Below are positions 18,641 to 29,189 of a stretch of 64,000 bases of DNA, piece after piece. Position 1 is the stretch's first letter. Every line of letters starts with the position of its first letter. The notes under the pieces are model-generated. The model saw only the letters and a list, made by a program, of their open reading frames with translations. It was not told the origin of the DNA and did not search any database. The position numbers were made by a program, and so were the translations under genes. This DNA is from an uncultured Candidatus Poseidoniales archaeon (GTDB lineage Archaea > Thermoplasmatota > Poseidoniia > Poseidoniales > Thalassarchaeaceae): NCBI GenBank assembly GCA_902530535.1, contig CACAAP010000001.1, forward strand, positions 3,160 to 67,159, written 5' to 3'.

Positions 18641-21613
18641 TCACCAGGCTTCGTCTGTTTGAGAGTAGGATATTCTTGACTCTAAGGCATCTATGTTTGT
18701 GTTTTGCGATTGCGTGTGCAAACCAGCCGTCTTCACCATTGCTGTCGTACCGCCTGTAAGGCCCAAATTGGAAGTTACCATGAAAGAGTAAATCGCCGGT
18801 AGTAACAGAAGAGCAGAGAGAGCAGCCACAATAAGGAGGACAATAATGACTGTAACGAAGGGGCCTATTGCGGGGATGTCTATTCCAAAAGCACATGTCA
18901 TGCCCATGGCAGTTACTGTTGTAGCCTCGAACAGGCTCATTCCGGTACTTGAGCATGCAGTGCGAATTCCATCCAATGTTCCGCCCATCTCCTTGACCCT
19001 ATTTGCAATGTGTATGGAGAAGTCTATACCCACGCCAACAAGGATTGACCCGATCATCACTGTCACAAGTGATAGTGATAGGCCCCACGCATCCATTACT
19101 AACCACTGCATGGCTACGGTGAATCCTACTGGGATTGTGGTAAGGAAAGCGTATCTAATATCTCTGAAAACCAGAGCGAGGGTGATTATCGTAAACCCAA
19201 GTGCGAATGCCAGAGAGGTCCATTGTGAGTCTACTATCAAATTATTTACTTCTATCGTTATTGAAGCAACACCGATTAGTGAGTCACCCAATACGTTGAT
19301 TGGATTTTCAGAGTCTCCAGCAGCCTTTGCCCAGTTGTTAATCTGCTCTGTAGTTATTGCAGTACTCTTGACATCCATGAATGGCATATCTATGTATATC
19401 AGAGAACGCTGATAATCCGGAGAAATGAATAGCTCCCTCATTTCTTCTGTCATACTATTGTAGAACACGTAGAGTAGGAAATTCTGAGCCTGCCTACCAC
19501 CATCATCCTCCTGGGCATCAAGTGTATCCAATATAGTCCAGAAGGAGACATTTCCTGATTGGTCTCTGTCGAAGATTAACTCTGCAATCTCCTTGATAGG
19601 CTCTGGAAGGGGAGTATCTTCTATGAAATCGTTAATTGGGCTACCAGATACATTGACGCCCACAGCTATCGCCTTCATCAGGAAGACTATCGAGACCGCA
19701 GTAGCATTCTCAACATCATTGCATCTAGACTCGAGATTCTCTATGCCCTCAAGATTGGCGTATGGGTGTTCTGCGGTGATTGACCCTAGACCGATTTCAG
19801 GCTCAGCTTTGATGTTTGCATCAACAAGTAAGAACCCAGGTTGACCTGCTTCAAACTCATCCGAGTATACACCCATCTTCTGTACCGCTTCCACTTCACT
19901 GGGTGCCATTTCTAGGAGGTCGATGTTCTCCTCTACGTTTTGCCTGTTGTAACCAGCTGAGATGACCATCAATGCAATGAACAGAGCAAGTGTGATTCGA
20001 GACCACTTGACTGGCATGTTGACTGCAGCAACGAAAACCTTCGGAGGGGGATGTGAGGGCTTTTTGAGATCTAGAAGTATTGTAAGATTGGGGACCATTA
20101 TCATGGTGAGGATGTACACTACTACAATGCCCGCGGCCAACGCCCATCCAACAGTCTGAATGGGCTTCATTGGAGCAAATGTTAGAGAGATGAATCCAAT
20201 AATCGTGGTCATAGCAGAGAGGAATACCGCGCGTCCTGTAGATTGAAGAGCTGCAGACATCTTCTCTTGGGGGGTTCCCTTAGATTCTGCGTATCTATTC
20301 GTAATATGCAGTCCATAGGAAACTCCCAATGAGAGTACGATCGGACCTACTAGTATTACTGTCATCGTTACTTCATAATCGGTAAGACCGATCAGCCCCA
20401 AGGTTACCCAGACTGCGCAAAGTGTGGGCAATCCAGATATTATGACAACCTTAACACCTTGGACAAATCGAATTCTCCCTGTCTGTAGTAAATCGCAATG
20501 GAAGAGGAACAGCATCGCTGCTACAATTACAACACCTACTGGAAAAACTTGCCAGAATAATTTGAATGACTCTTCAGTGACTGCGTTGGTAAGTGGTGCA
20601 GGACCGGTTAGAGTCATCCTAAGGCATAATGATCCATGGTTGGGTCCACACCCTTCTGAACCAGGAGTGCCCCAATTATTTTCCACTGCAATTTTATCAA
20701 TAGTGCCTTGTGTTTCTGAGACGATATCGCCAACTGTCTTGTTACCTGTATCATCAGATATTCCTATGATTATTACGGCTCGACTCCAACCGTATGCGGT
20801 CTTGATTTCATTACCTGAGCCTATATTCCTTACCAGCTTGTTAAGAGCATTCTGAGGCATTTCCTGTAGTATTTGATCTACCCTCTGTTGTTCATCTGGA
20901 ATTGCGTAATTGCCAATAAGATCGCTTTGCGAGTCTATTGTCTCATTTATCTCATCTGAGAGCTGCTGATTTCCAGTTGCCTCGGCAAGGCCTGAGAAGA
21001 AGGCCTTTACGACGCGGCCCCCGCTTGAGTTTACTTCCTTGATTACGGTAGAGATGGAAAGTACGTATTCGACGTCGTCTTCTTCGCCCTTGTCGTTCCT
21101 AACATAGTTGATGGATCGCTCAACGTTGTCTATCTGCTCTAGGATGTTAATCTGTCCGTTTGACCCACACTCGACGCATGTAACGTTGTAATCGTAAGAC
21201 TCGACATAAATGACCATCACATTGGTAGTCCAATCATTCTCAACTTGTGCGATCAGGTTCTTTACACTAAGTGGATCTGAATCCGTTGGAAGGTATACCT
21301 CCAAGTCTCCATTCACGTTTAGTGCGGGCTCTTCCTTGCAGTAGCTTGGGTTATCGAAACCATCTCTACAGTCTAATACACCTGAATGAGGCAAAAGTGA
21401 TACTGTGAATGCCAGTGAGACCAGGACAGCCATAACAGGAAACATGGTTAGGAAACTGGAACCCTCATGATCTCTGACCTTCCTGCGTATTTGGTTGGGG
21501 ACTCGTGACAAAGATGGTATTAGCTGGAAATCCTTTGGAACTATGTTGGAAAATCTCTCCCTGGCGCTTGACAAAAAGCGGCCAATGTGGTTCTGAGAAT
21601 CTTCCCTAGCCAT
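18641..21613 (-). CDS. RND/MMPL family transporter
   Basis: Duplicated architecture of 1 TM + large loop + 5 TM, with GVSYGLHI and GVGIDFSIHI motifs. Confidence 0.88.
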   Translation of the reverse strand: MAREDSQNHIGRFLSSARERFSNIVPKDFQLIPSLSRVPNQIRRKVRDHEGSSFLTMFPVMAVLVSLAFTVSLLPHSGVLDCRDGFDNPSYCKEEPALNVNGDLEVYLPTDSDPLSVKNLIAQVENDWTTNVMVIYVESYDYNVTCVECGSNGQINILEQIDNVERSINYVRNDKGEEDDVEYVLSISTVIKEVNSSGGRVVKAFFSGLAEATGNQQLSDEINETIDSQSDLIGNYAIPDEQQRVDQILQEMPQNALNKLVRNIGSGNEIKTAYGWSRAVIIIGISDDTGNKTVGDIVSETQGTIDKIAVENNWGTPGSEGCGPNHGSLCLRMTLTGPAPLTNAVTEESFKLFWQVFPVGVVIVAAMLFLFHCDLLQTGRIRFVQGVKVVIISGLPTLCAVWVTLGLIGLTDYEVTMTVILVGPIVLSLGVSYGLHITNRYAESKGTPQEKMSAALQSTGRAVFLSAMTTIIGFISLTFAPMKPIQTVGWALAAGIVVVYILTMIMVPNLTILLDLKKPSHPPPKVFVAAVNMPVKWSRITLALFIALMVISAGYNRQNVEENIDLLEMAPSEVEAVQKMGVYSDEFEAGQPGFLLVDANIKAEPEIGLGSITAEHPYANLEGIENLESRCNDVENATAVSIVFLMKAIAVGVNVSGSPINDFIEDTPLPEPIKEIAELIFDRDQSGNVSFWTILDTLDAQEDDGGRQAQNFLLYVFYNSMTEEMRELFISPDYQRSLIYIDMPFMDVKSTAITTEQINNWAKAAGDSENPINVLGDSLIGVASITIEVNNLIVDSQWTSLAFALGFTIITLALVFRDIRYAFLTTIPVGFTVAMQWLVMDAWGLSLSLVTVMIGSILVGVGIDFSIHIANRVKEMGGTLDGIRTACSSTGMSLFEATTVTAMGMTCAFGIDIPAIGPFVTVIIVLLIVAALSALLLLPAIYSFMVTSNLGLTGGTTAMVKTAGLHTQSQNTNIDALESRISYSQTDEAW

Positions 21614-21667
21614 GTCCCTCCCGCCATGACGTGAAACGGCATACCTTCAACCCCTCGGCAAAGATGA

Positions 21668-24226
21668 TTGTCTCAAATACGTTTTACAACTGCACGGCAA
21701 TGGTCAATAACACGACTCTCTGTCAATTATTTGGTGGGGTTCTTGGGACAGCCTAAGATTTCAGATAAGCGGTGGAGTGTTGACCTCGAGAAAAGAATTC
21801 AAGCAGACCACTACGATGAAGAGGCTTATCGAAAAAGATATGCATTCAACAAAGAAACAGATAAGGAGATCTTCGTTATTGATACCCCTCCCCCCTATCC
21901 CAGTGGAACATGGCACATTGGAGCTGTTGCCCAGTACAGCATGATCGACGTTATTGCTAGGAGTCAGAGGCTACTTGGTAAAGAAGTGAAGTTCCCCTGG
22001 GGAGTAGATCGGAATGGCATCAATATCGAATTCACGGTAGAAAAGAAGACAGGGAGGAAGATGAGGACTTATGATAGGGCGGAATTCCTAGAGCTTTGTT
22101 CGGAAACTATTGACGAATACACCAAGGCTATGCGAAATACTGCTAGGAGAGTCGGACTATCTTGCGACTATGAGAACGAATATCTCACAGATGCCCCCGA
22201 CTACAGGGCAGTATCGCAGTCAATTTTCGTTGAGCTGTTCAAGAGAGGGGATATCGTAGAAGACCTTAGACCCAATATTTACGATCCAGTTGAAGGTACC
22301 ACGATAGCCGATGCGGAGGTCCAAAGGGTTCAGAGAGAGTCGAAACTATGCAATGTGAAGTGGCACACCGAGGATGGGGAAGAAATCATAATTTCAACTA
22401 CAAGGCCCGAGATGATCTGTGCATGTGGGATAGTAGTTGTACATCCTGAAGATGACCGATACGGTCACCTACTAGGTAAGAGGGTAAAACTCCCCATAGA
22501 GGTAGCAGAACGAGACCAATATGTCGAGATTACCGCCCATCCGTCAGTAAAGATGGATTTCGGTAGTGGAATTCTGATGGTTTGCTCTTACGGTGACCAG
22601 AATGACGTCTCCATATTTAGAGAGCTTGGAATTAGACCATTCGTAGCAATTAATCTTGATGGTGAGATGACAGGAGTCTCAGGGCCATTATCTGGGATGA
22701 AGGTAATTGAAGCCCGAAAAAGAGCAATAGAAATACTACGATCATCAGGAAATCTAGTCTCTACGGAAGACCGTTTACAAGAAGTACCAGTCAGCGAGAG
22801 GGGAGGAAACCCAATAGAGATTATTCTACTAAAGGAGTGGTATGTACGACAGACTCATATTCTGGATAGGCTAATGGAACTTTCAAAGGAAAGCAGATTC
22901 ATACCCGAGAGGAACCGGCAGTACTTACATGATTGGATAGATGGCATATCCATTGACTGGCCAATCAGCAGACGTAGGTGGTACCATACAGAAGTCCCCA
23001 TCTGGTACTCTGAGGACCGAACCAAAGTAGTCGTTCCACCAAGAGGATCCTATGTGCAACCATGGAGGGACCCACCCCCAAATAACTCTGAAGTGGTTGA
23101 TAGAGAGAGTAAGGATACGCTTGGAACCTATCAGGAATTGAGTTCGACCCTTGGGAAACTGACAGGCGAGGAGAAGGTGTTTGACACATGGATGGACTCA
23201 TCAAATTCCAATCTTTACGTCTCTGGTTACTTGACTGATCCGAAATTGTTTGATAGGGCATTTCCGACTTCAATTAGGCCTCAGGGCAAGGAAATTGTCA
23301 GAACATGGTTATACTACACACTGTTGAAGAGTGCACTTTTACTCGATCGTCCTGGTTTCCAGAGTATTTGGGTAGACGGACTTGGAATGGATCCATGGGG
23401 TAGGAAGATGTCGAAGTCATTAGGAAATGGCATAGATGCAGATAGCGTTCTCGAATGCGGAGCTGGCGGTAGGACCGGTTCATGGAAGATTAAGGGGGCC
23501 GATGGCAAGCAAGTAGTGCTGAAGGCAAACAAAATCGGAAGTGAGTGCTTTCGACTTTGGAAGGCCTGTGATGCGCAGGTGGGTGATGACTTCCATATCA
23601 ATCCAGAAGAGATTGAGACTAAGTATTACGGCGTACTAACTAAGATATTCAACGTAGCTAGGTTCGCAAGCCAATTCGAAGCTCCTGATGACTTTTCTTC
23701 ACCTCCTGAATTGAATATAGAGGACATATGGATTCTGTCTGAATTTGATCAGTCCATGGCCTCAGTGGAGAATGCATGGAAAAATGTGGATATTTACACT
23801 GCAGCACAGACGCTGAAGTCCTTTGGTACGGGGATTTTCCCCAGTCACTGGCTCGAGATGTCAAAGACTAGGCTCTATGATGGGGATATCTCGGCTACAT
23901 GGACAATACACAGAATAGTGCGTGATCTTCTCAGTGCATTTAGCCCAATATGTCCGTTCTTCACACATTATCTAAGTACAACACTTTACGATTCTAGTTC
24001 AGTGGATGTCAGAGAATACCCAAGACTTCCTTCATTTACTGGTACCGAGTTGTTTGGAGAACTTAGAGGCAAAACTGAGTCCTTGGAAGAGTTCAATTCA
24101 ATGGTTTGGAGAGCAAAGAAGGATCGTGGACTTTCTCTTAAGTCTCCAATTTCAGATGTCCAAATTCCTGATTCCCTGACTTTATTCTCCGACGCTTTGG
24201 TAAAGATGCACAATCTAGAGTTCTAG
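21668..24226 (+). CDS. valS: Valine--tRNA ligase (archaeal type; true start may be up to about 75 nt downstream)
   Basis: IDTPPPYPSG, HIGA (HIGH variant), TTRPE, DWPISRRR, FDTWMDSS, KMSKS. Confidence 0.95.
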   Translation: MSQIRFTTARQWSITRLSVNYLVGFLGQPKISDKRWSVDLEKRIQADHYDEEAYRKRYAFNKETDKEIFVIDTPPPYPSGTWHIGAVAQYSMIDVIARSQRLLGKEVKFPWGVDRNGINIEFTVEKKTGRKMRTYDRAEFLELCSETIDEYTKAMRNTARRVGLSCDYENEYLTDAPDYRAVSQSIFVELFKRGDIVEDLRPNIYDPVEGTTIADAEVQRVQRESKLCNVKWHTEDGEEIIISTTRPEMICACGIVVVHPEDDRYGHLLGKRVKLPIEVAERDQYVEITAHPSVKMDFGSGILMVCSYGDQNDVSIFRELGIRPFVAINLDGEMTGVSGPLSGMKVIEARKRAIEILRSSGNLVSTEDRLQEVPVSERGGNPIEIILLKEWYVRQTHILDRLMELSKESRFIPERNRQYLHDWIDGISIDWPISRRRWYHTEVPIWYSEDRTKVVVPPRGSYVQPWRDPPPNNSEVVDRESKDTLGTYQELSSTLGKLTGEEKVFDTWMDSSNSNLYVSGYLTDPKLFDRAFPTSIRPQGKEIVRTWLYYTLLKSALLLDRPGFQSIWVDGLGMDPWGRKMSKSLGNGIDADSVLECGAGGRTGSWKIKGADGKQVVLKANKIGSECFRLWKACDAQVGDDFHINPEEIETKYYGVLTKIFNVARFASQFEAPDDFSSPPELNIEDIWILSEFDQSMASVENAWKNVDIYTAAQTLKSFGTGIFPSHWLEMSKTRLYDGDISATWTIHRIVRDLLSAFSPICPFFTHYLSTTLYDSSSVDVREYPRLPSFTGTELFGELRGKTESLEEFNSMVWRAKKDRGLSLKSPISDVQIPDSLTLFSDALVKMHNLEF

Positions 24227-24230
24227 TAGG

Positions 24231-25199
24231 TCAATTAAGGGAATTATTGCTTCTTCCGGTTTCGAAATACTCTATGAGCAGTCCTGCCATTTCAGTTCCA
24301 ATCCGAGCCTGTGCCTCCAGAGTCGAAGCTGCAATATGAGGGCTACCATGGAAGGAGTCGTGGCGTAGCAGGTCACTCTCTGCAAGAGGCTCAACTTCGA
24401 AAACATCGAGTGCTAGTGATGTTAGTTGACGTGCCTCCAGAGCCATAGAAGCTGCGGATTCATCGACTACACCGCCCCTAGCGCAACTAACTATGTGATT
24501 ACCGCATTCAATCCCGTCTAGGCCTATTCCAGGCATCATGGATATTCGTTCTGAGTTTACCAGATTCCTTGTTTGTTCATTCAGATTGCAATGTACAGAT
24601 ATGTGAGTGCAATATCTGAAAATTTCATCCACATCATCATGTAATTGCACGCCCTCTGGTGCTTCATCGACGAAGGGATCGAAAGCATGGACTTCCATGC
24701 CGAATGATGATGCAATCGAAGCAACTCCTCTGGCTATTCTTCCGAACCCAATTAGGCCCAGCCTTTTTCCACCTATCTCAGAGCCTCGCAATTGTTTCTT
24801 TGCCCACTCTCCATTTCGAAGCGTCCGATCTGCTGTTGCTATATGCCTTGTAGAGGCTATCAGATGTCCAATGGTTAACTCCACGACACTGCGAGTAGAT
24901 GCTCCCGGAGTATTGCACACAGTGATGCCTTTTTTCGTCGCTTCGGCGATGTCGATATTATCCACCCCCACTCCTGCCCTCCCAATGAATCTAATACCGC
25001 CGCTATCGTTTACTGAGACTGAGATTTGCTCTGATAGCAGTTTTGTGGCACTTCTGATTACTACCGCATCAAATTCTAGGAGCGAGCCATTTGCGATTTC
25101 TTCTGGCTCGTGGTGCCGCAAGACTACCTCATGACCTGCATTCTCAAGAATTTCAACTGCTTCATCGGACATCCCATCTGTTACAGCGATACGCGCCAT
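24231..25199 (-). CDS. D-isomer specific 2-hydroxyacid dehydrogenase (SerA-like, no ACT domain)
   Basis: GRAGVGVDNID, GLIGFGRI, CARGGVVDE, LDVFEVEP, SPHIAAST. Confidence 0.9.
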   Translation of the reverse strand: MARIAVTDGMSDEAVEILENAGHEVVLRHHEPEEIANGSLLEFDAVVIRSATKLLSEQISVSVNDSGGIRFIGRAGVGVDNIDIAEATKKGITVCNTPGASTRSVVELTIGHLIASTRHIATADRTLRNGEWAKKQLRGSEIGGKRLGLIGFGRIARGVASIASSFGMEVHAFDPFVDEAPEGVQLHDDVDEIFRYCTHISVHCNLNEQTRNLVNSERISMMPGIGLDGIECGNHIVSCARGGVVDESAASMALEARQLTSLALDVFEVEPLAESDLLRHDSFHGSPHIAASTLEAQARIGTEMAGLLIEYFETGRSNNSLN

Positions 25200-25288
25200 G
25201 TGTATACCTGCAACATTACGTGCATCAACATTGTGAGTATCATGCCGGTGGGTTGATATTTAGTACCCCTAATTCAATTACAGATACA

Positions 25289-25882
25289 ATGGGATTTGAA
25301 TTACCTGAACTTGAATATGCCTATGACTCACTAGAGCCCCATATTGATGCGGAGACAATGGAGCTACATCATTCCAAGCATCATGCTGGATACACCGCTA
25401 AACTGAATGCTGCAATTGAGGGTACAGAAATGGACTCTTTGGGTATTGAGGATTTGATGATTAATCACATGGATAACGCTGCAGTTAGGAATAACGGAGG
25501 GGGATTCTGGAACCATAGAATTTTCTGGGAGACAATGAGCCCCGATGGCGGTGGAGAACCCGAGGGAGATCTTGCAAATGCAATTTCAGACTCTTTCGGA
25601 TCTTTCCAATCTATGAAGGATCAGTTCAGCGATGCAGCCATGACTAGATTCGGCAGTGGTTGGGCATGGCTATGCGTTTCAGAAGGTCAACTTTCTTTAT
25701 GCTCCACTCCAAATCAGGATAATCCACTCATGTTGGGCGAAGGTATACCAATTCTAGGTCTAGACGTTTGGGAACATGCGTACTACAAGAATTACGGACC
25801 GGGCAGAGGGGACTACATCACCGCATGGTGGAATGTAGTAAATTGGTCTGCTGTGTCCGATAACTACCATGCCGCAATATAG
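25289..25882 (+). CDS. sod: Fe/Mn superoxide dismutase (Mn-type residues)
   Basis: LEPHID..TMELHHSKHH, NNGGGFWNH, FGSGWAWL, NQD, LDVWEHAYY. Confidence 0.96.
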   Translation: MGFELPELEYAYDSLEPHIDAETMELHHSKHHAGYTAKLNAAIEGTEMDSLGIEDLMINHMDNAAVRNNGGGFWNHRIFWETMSPDGGGEPEGDLANAISDSFGSFQSMKDQFSDAAMTRFGSGWAWLCVSEGQLSLCSTPNQDNPLMLGEGIPILGLDVWEHAYYKNYGPGRGDYITAWWNVVNWSAVSDNYHAAI

Positions 25883-25938
25883 TCGAATATCTATAATGCC
25901 AACCGTTCCATTATAGCGCTCTTTGGACACGCAACCGC

Positions 25939-27012
25939 GTGGTCGACGATTACGAAGCTATGTTGACCGCGGTATTGATATTGGTATCACCCGTTATTTT
26001 TGCACTCCCTGTGTCGTTCGCATGGAGATGGTGGGTCGGAATTGAACCAGAGCATGAGCACTATCGAGAAAAGGTTCGCAGGGTACTCGATGCAGGGATG
26101 CCCCTTGCACGTTACAGGGGAGAGTTGGACGCAGAAGCAAGGAAGGTACACGTTTCATCTGATAGGCAAGGCAGGATAGAATCGGATTTACTTCATAGAC
26201 TCCGATTGCAACATTTTCTCCTTTTCCCTAGTCTCATTTTGTGGCCTCTAGTAGGCATCTTCGCTGCTATCATCAGCATACCGATGATGCCCTTGCTGAA
26301 GCTAGTCGAGTGGATTCTGATCAAAAAGAAGGCGCTATCCGGAGTCGCGATTATTATTCAGAGGTATACAAGATGGGAAATCATAGGAATCCCCAGACTT
26401 GATGACGGTTCCAAGCAGTTCGGCAAGGCTCTAGCTTCAATTCACAGAATGCCTACAACCGTATTTCTTGGCCTTTTTGCTTACCTAATCGTGTCATATT
26501 CGCCAATGAGTTCTTTCAATGTTCTTCTACTAAGCGCACTGGTATACATCATTTTGGTCTCTGCAATTTCAGTCATCAGGGCTGCTACAGAGAGTACCCT
26601 AACATTTGCAGATCCTACCAATAGGAGAATCATACCTATGGAGTCGTATGTTGACGAGAAGCTAGGGCCATGGGTAGGAGTAGGGCTGATTTTCCTATTG
26701 TCTAGGCAGCTCATGTATGGATCGAAGATTCGAACAGGCGAACTCTTAATTGATCCAGTTCCATTTTCAATTAGTGTCCTACTTGTCTTGTATACAGCCA
26801 CAATAATAGGAATAACTGTTGAGATACTTTTCTTCAGGAGCAGGGGCGAGGAGGTAAGAATGACATTTCAAAAACAAATGGTCGATGTTTTTCAACCGGA
26901 TGTATACCTCTTCAATAGGAATTTAGGGACTTTGAGACTTGTACCAATAATGCCCCTATCACTTTGGCTGGAAACAGATGAGGACTACGATGACTTACTC
27001 AAAGATACGTGA
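25939..27012 (+). CDS. Hypothetical multi-pass membrane protein
   Basis: 357-aa ORF with 6-7 hydrophobic segments, filling the gap between neighbours. Confidence 0.7.
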   Translation: MVDDYEAMLTAVLILVSPVIFALPVSFAWRWWVGIEPEHEHYREKVRRVLDAGMPLARYRGELDAEARKVHVSSDRQGRIESDLLHRLRLQHFLLFPSLILWPLVGIFAAIISIPMMPLLKLVEWILIKKKALSGVAIIIQRYTRWEIIGIPRLDDGSKQFGKALASIHRMPTTVFLGLFAYLIVSYSPMSSFNVLLLSALVYIILVSAISVIRAATESTLTFADPTNRRIIPMESYVDEKLGPWVGVGLIFLLSRQLMYGSKIRTGELLIDPVPFSISVLLVLYTATIIGITVEILFFRSRGEEVRMTFQKQMVDVFQPDVYLFNRNLGTLRLVPIMPLSLWLETDEDYDDLLKDT

Positions 27013-27907
27013 GGGCCTCGACTTTCCAGTTGGCCCCATCCAGATTTACAGATCCCGAATCAATATCATCAACACGTAGTTTCGCAATTCCATAGGATAC
27101 ACTTTCTGACGACTCGCACGATGTAATATGCGCAGGCGAGCCATTCGATAACCGGTATTTCCCTGGACTAATAGCAGACTCACCCGTAATGAGGCAAAGA
27201 CTCTTCACAGTCCTGCCTCGGCTGTCTAACCTTGCATGAACTTCTTGTCCCGGATAGCACCCCTTATCATTACTGATCCGATTTATCATCCCACATTCAT
27301 TAGGAAGATTCCCCCCGATGTCAATTAAGCTTGGTATACAAACTGCTAATCTGACGAAGTTCCACCTATCATCACTCATTTCAGAATATTCCGCATCCTC
27401 AAGTATCGAGATGAAATCACTCATCTGGTTTCGTGGTAATAGGATATCGAGTACCGAGCCACCGGGAAATTCAGATTTTACAGCGATCATATCGCCGATT
27501 TCCATTACTCTATTTCTTTCTAGTTGTGTTTCCTCGAACCCCATCCTAGTAATTATTGATTGAAAGTCAGCAGATACTAGAGAAACCCTTCCTATCGCTT
27601 CATCTGCGATGATTAAATCGCATTTCTCGTCCCAAGATTTCCCGTCGATTAGGGTCTTTCTTGTTTTATCGCCCATCTCTTCTGATGACAAAAGTAGTAT
27701 TTTTTCCTGTATCTTGTATATCGATCCGAGATCTGTGATCCGGCCGTTGTAATCGCAGAATAGTACGTCTATACCGTGGCTATCCGGAGAATCAACAATC
27801 CTGGTTGAGACGACCCTATCGATGACATTGGCTGAGTCATTGCCCTGCAAGATTGTTACACTCTGAGCGCGTACGTAATACTCCTCTCCAGAGGCGTTAT
27901 TGCGCAA
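26999..27907 (-). CDS. ygfZ: YgfZ/GcvT-like folate-binding Fe-S repair protein
   Basis: KGCYPGQEV signature. Lies directly downstream of an iscA-like gene. Confidence 0.8.
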   Translation of the reverse strand: MRNNASGEEYYVRAQSVTILQGNDSANVIDRVVSTRIVDSPDSHGIDVLFCDYNGRITDLGSIYKIQEKILLLSSEEMGDKTRKTLIDGKSWDEKCDLIIADEAIGRVSLVSADFQSIITRMGFEETQLERNRVMEIGDMIAVKSEFPGGSVLDILLPRNQMSDFISILEDAEYSEMSDDRWNFVRLAVCIPSLIDIGGNLPNECGMINRISNDKGCYPGQEVHARLDSRGRTVKSLCLITGESAISPGKYRLSNGSPAHITSCESSESVSYGIAKLRVDDIDSGSVNLDGANWKVEALTYL

Positions 27908-27916
27908 GGAACTACC

Positions 27917-28303
27917 TCAGCCGAATGACTGCCCGCAGCCACATGCCCTGTCAGCATTGGGGTTCTCTATTTGGAATCCGCCACCCATCAGAGTCTCCTT
28001 GAAATCAATCTGGATACCATTTAGCATAGAGCTGTCCTTATTATGAACGAACACATTAATTCCGCCTATGGAAATCTGCTGAAATCCTTCATCCTCCGGC
28101 CTTTTTATGATTTTCATGTCGTAAAGATACCCTGAGCATCCTCCGGATTGCGCGCTGATCACCAAGACATGTGTATCTTCGTCTCCATTCATGTTTTGCT
28201 CTAGCGCGCGTATTGCTTTGTCAGTAAAGTTCAGTTTGACATCAACGACTTCTGTTTCAGAAACGACAGGTAGGGAAAATCCCTCACCACCGAGTATGCC
28301 CAT
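27917..28303 (-). CDS. Iron-sulfur cluster assembly accessory protein (IscA/ErpA/HesB)
   Basis: GGCSGY and NPNA..ACGCGQSF. Confidence 0.93.
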   Translation of the reverse strand: MGILGGEGFSLPVVSETEVVDVKLNFTDKAIRALEQNMNGDEDTHVLVISAQSGGCSGYLYDMKIIKRPEDEGFQQISIGGINVFVHNKDSSMLNGIQIDFKETLMGGGFQIENPNADRACGCGQSFG

Positions 28304-28385
28304 GTACGAGTGTACAATCGGTAATATTTCAACAGTTGCTTAGATTACTCGTCACACATATCAATCACCGTGCTATCGTAATGTC

Positions 28386-29189
28386 GTGGACGGGATGGAG
28401 TCTAGGGAGATTGCAAGACTAAGTCATGCAGGGATTGCTAGAGAATTGGACTATGTAACATCTGAATCTCCCCTATCGATTAACGTAACTGACAGTAAAA
28501 ATAGTACGTTTGAGATGGGAATTACCATGAGGACTGAAGGTGACGACAGGAGGTTGATTCTAGGATTCCTATACTCAGAAGGGGTGATCGATTCAATTAC
28601 AGACGTTTCCAGTATAAACATCGATGATGGAATAGCATCGGTAGTTCTCAATGAGTCTTCATCTTTCGACTCTGATTTACATCAAAGGAATAGTACCGTA
28701 ACATCTTCTTGTGGACTCTGCGGAAGATCGGACCTTAATGGGCTACTTGAATTGGAAAATACTCTTCTAGATGAGGAAATGTCAATTTCACTGGATGCAG
28801 TGTCGGTCTGTCTGAATTCAATTCATTCTGACCAGCCTATCTTCTCTCGTACAGGCGGATCCCACGCTTGTGCAAGCTTCAGAGGCGACGGGTCAATAGA
28901 TTGTGTTTTCGAGGACGTCGGGAGGCACAATGCTTTCGATAAAATGGTGGGATATTACCTGGAAAGTGGTTTGATACCAAAACCTGGATTTGGTGCATTC
29001 GTATCTGGAAGGGCTTCTTTTGAATTGGTACAGAAGTGCATAAGGGGGGGCTTTCCAATAATGATTGCAATTGGCGCTCCAAGTAGCCTTGCTGTTGATG
29101 TATCGAACGAATATGGGCTCACTTTGGGTTGTTTCGCAAGGGATGATGGCTTGACTCTATTCAGTGGAGTTAGGAGAATTGTAGAATAG
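28386..29189 (+). CDS. fdhD: Formate dehydrogenase accessory sulfurtransferase
   Basis: TMRT, SSCGLCG, RTGGSHA, EDVGRHNAFDK, SGRASFELVQK. Confidence 0.94.
   Translation: MDGMESREIARLSHAGIARELDYVTSESPLSINVTDSKNSTFEMGITMRTEGDDRRLILGFLYSEGVIDSITDVSSINIDDGIASVVLNESSSFDSDLHQRNSTVTSSCGLCGRSDLNGLLELENTLLDEEMSISLDAVSVCLNSIHSDQPIFSRTGGSHACASFRGDGSIDCVFEDVGRHNAFDKMVGYYLESGLIPKPGFGAFVSGRASFELVQKCIRGGFPIMIAIGAPSSLAVDVSNEYGLTLGCFARDDGLTLFSGVRRIVE

Noticed and set aside
18606..18956. N-terminal extension of the EVE ORF
   Set aside because: It overlaps the RND gene in another frame. The EVE domain starts at 18605.
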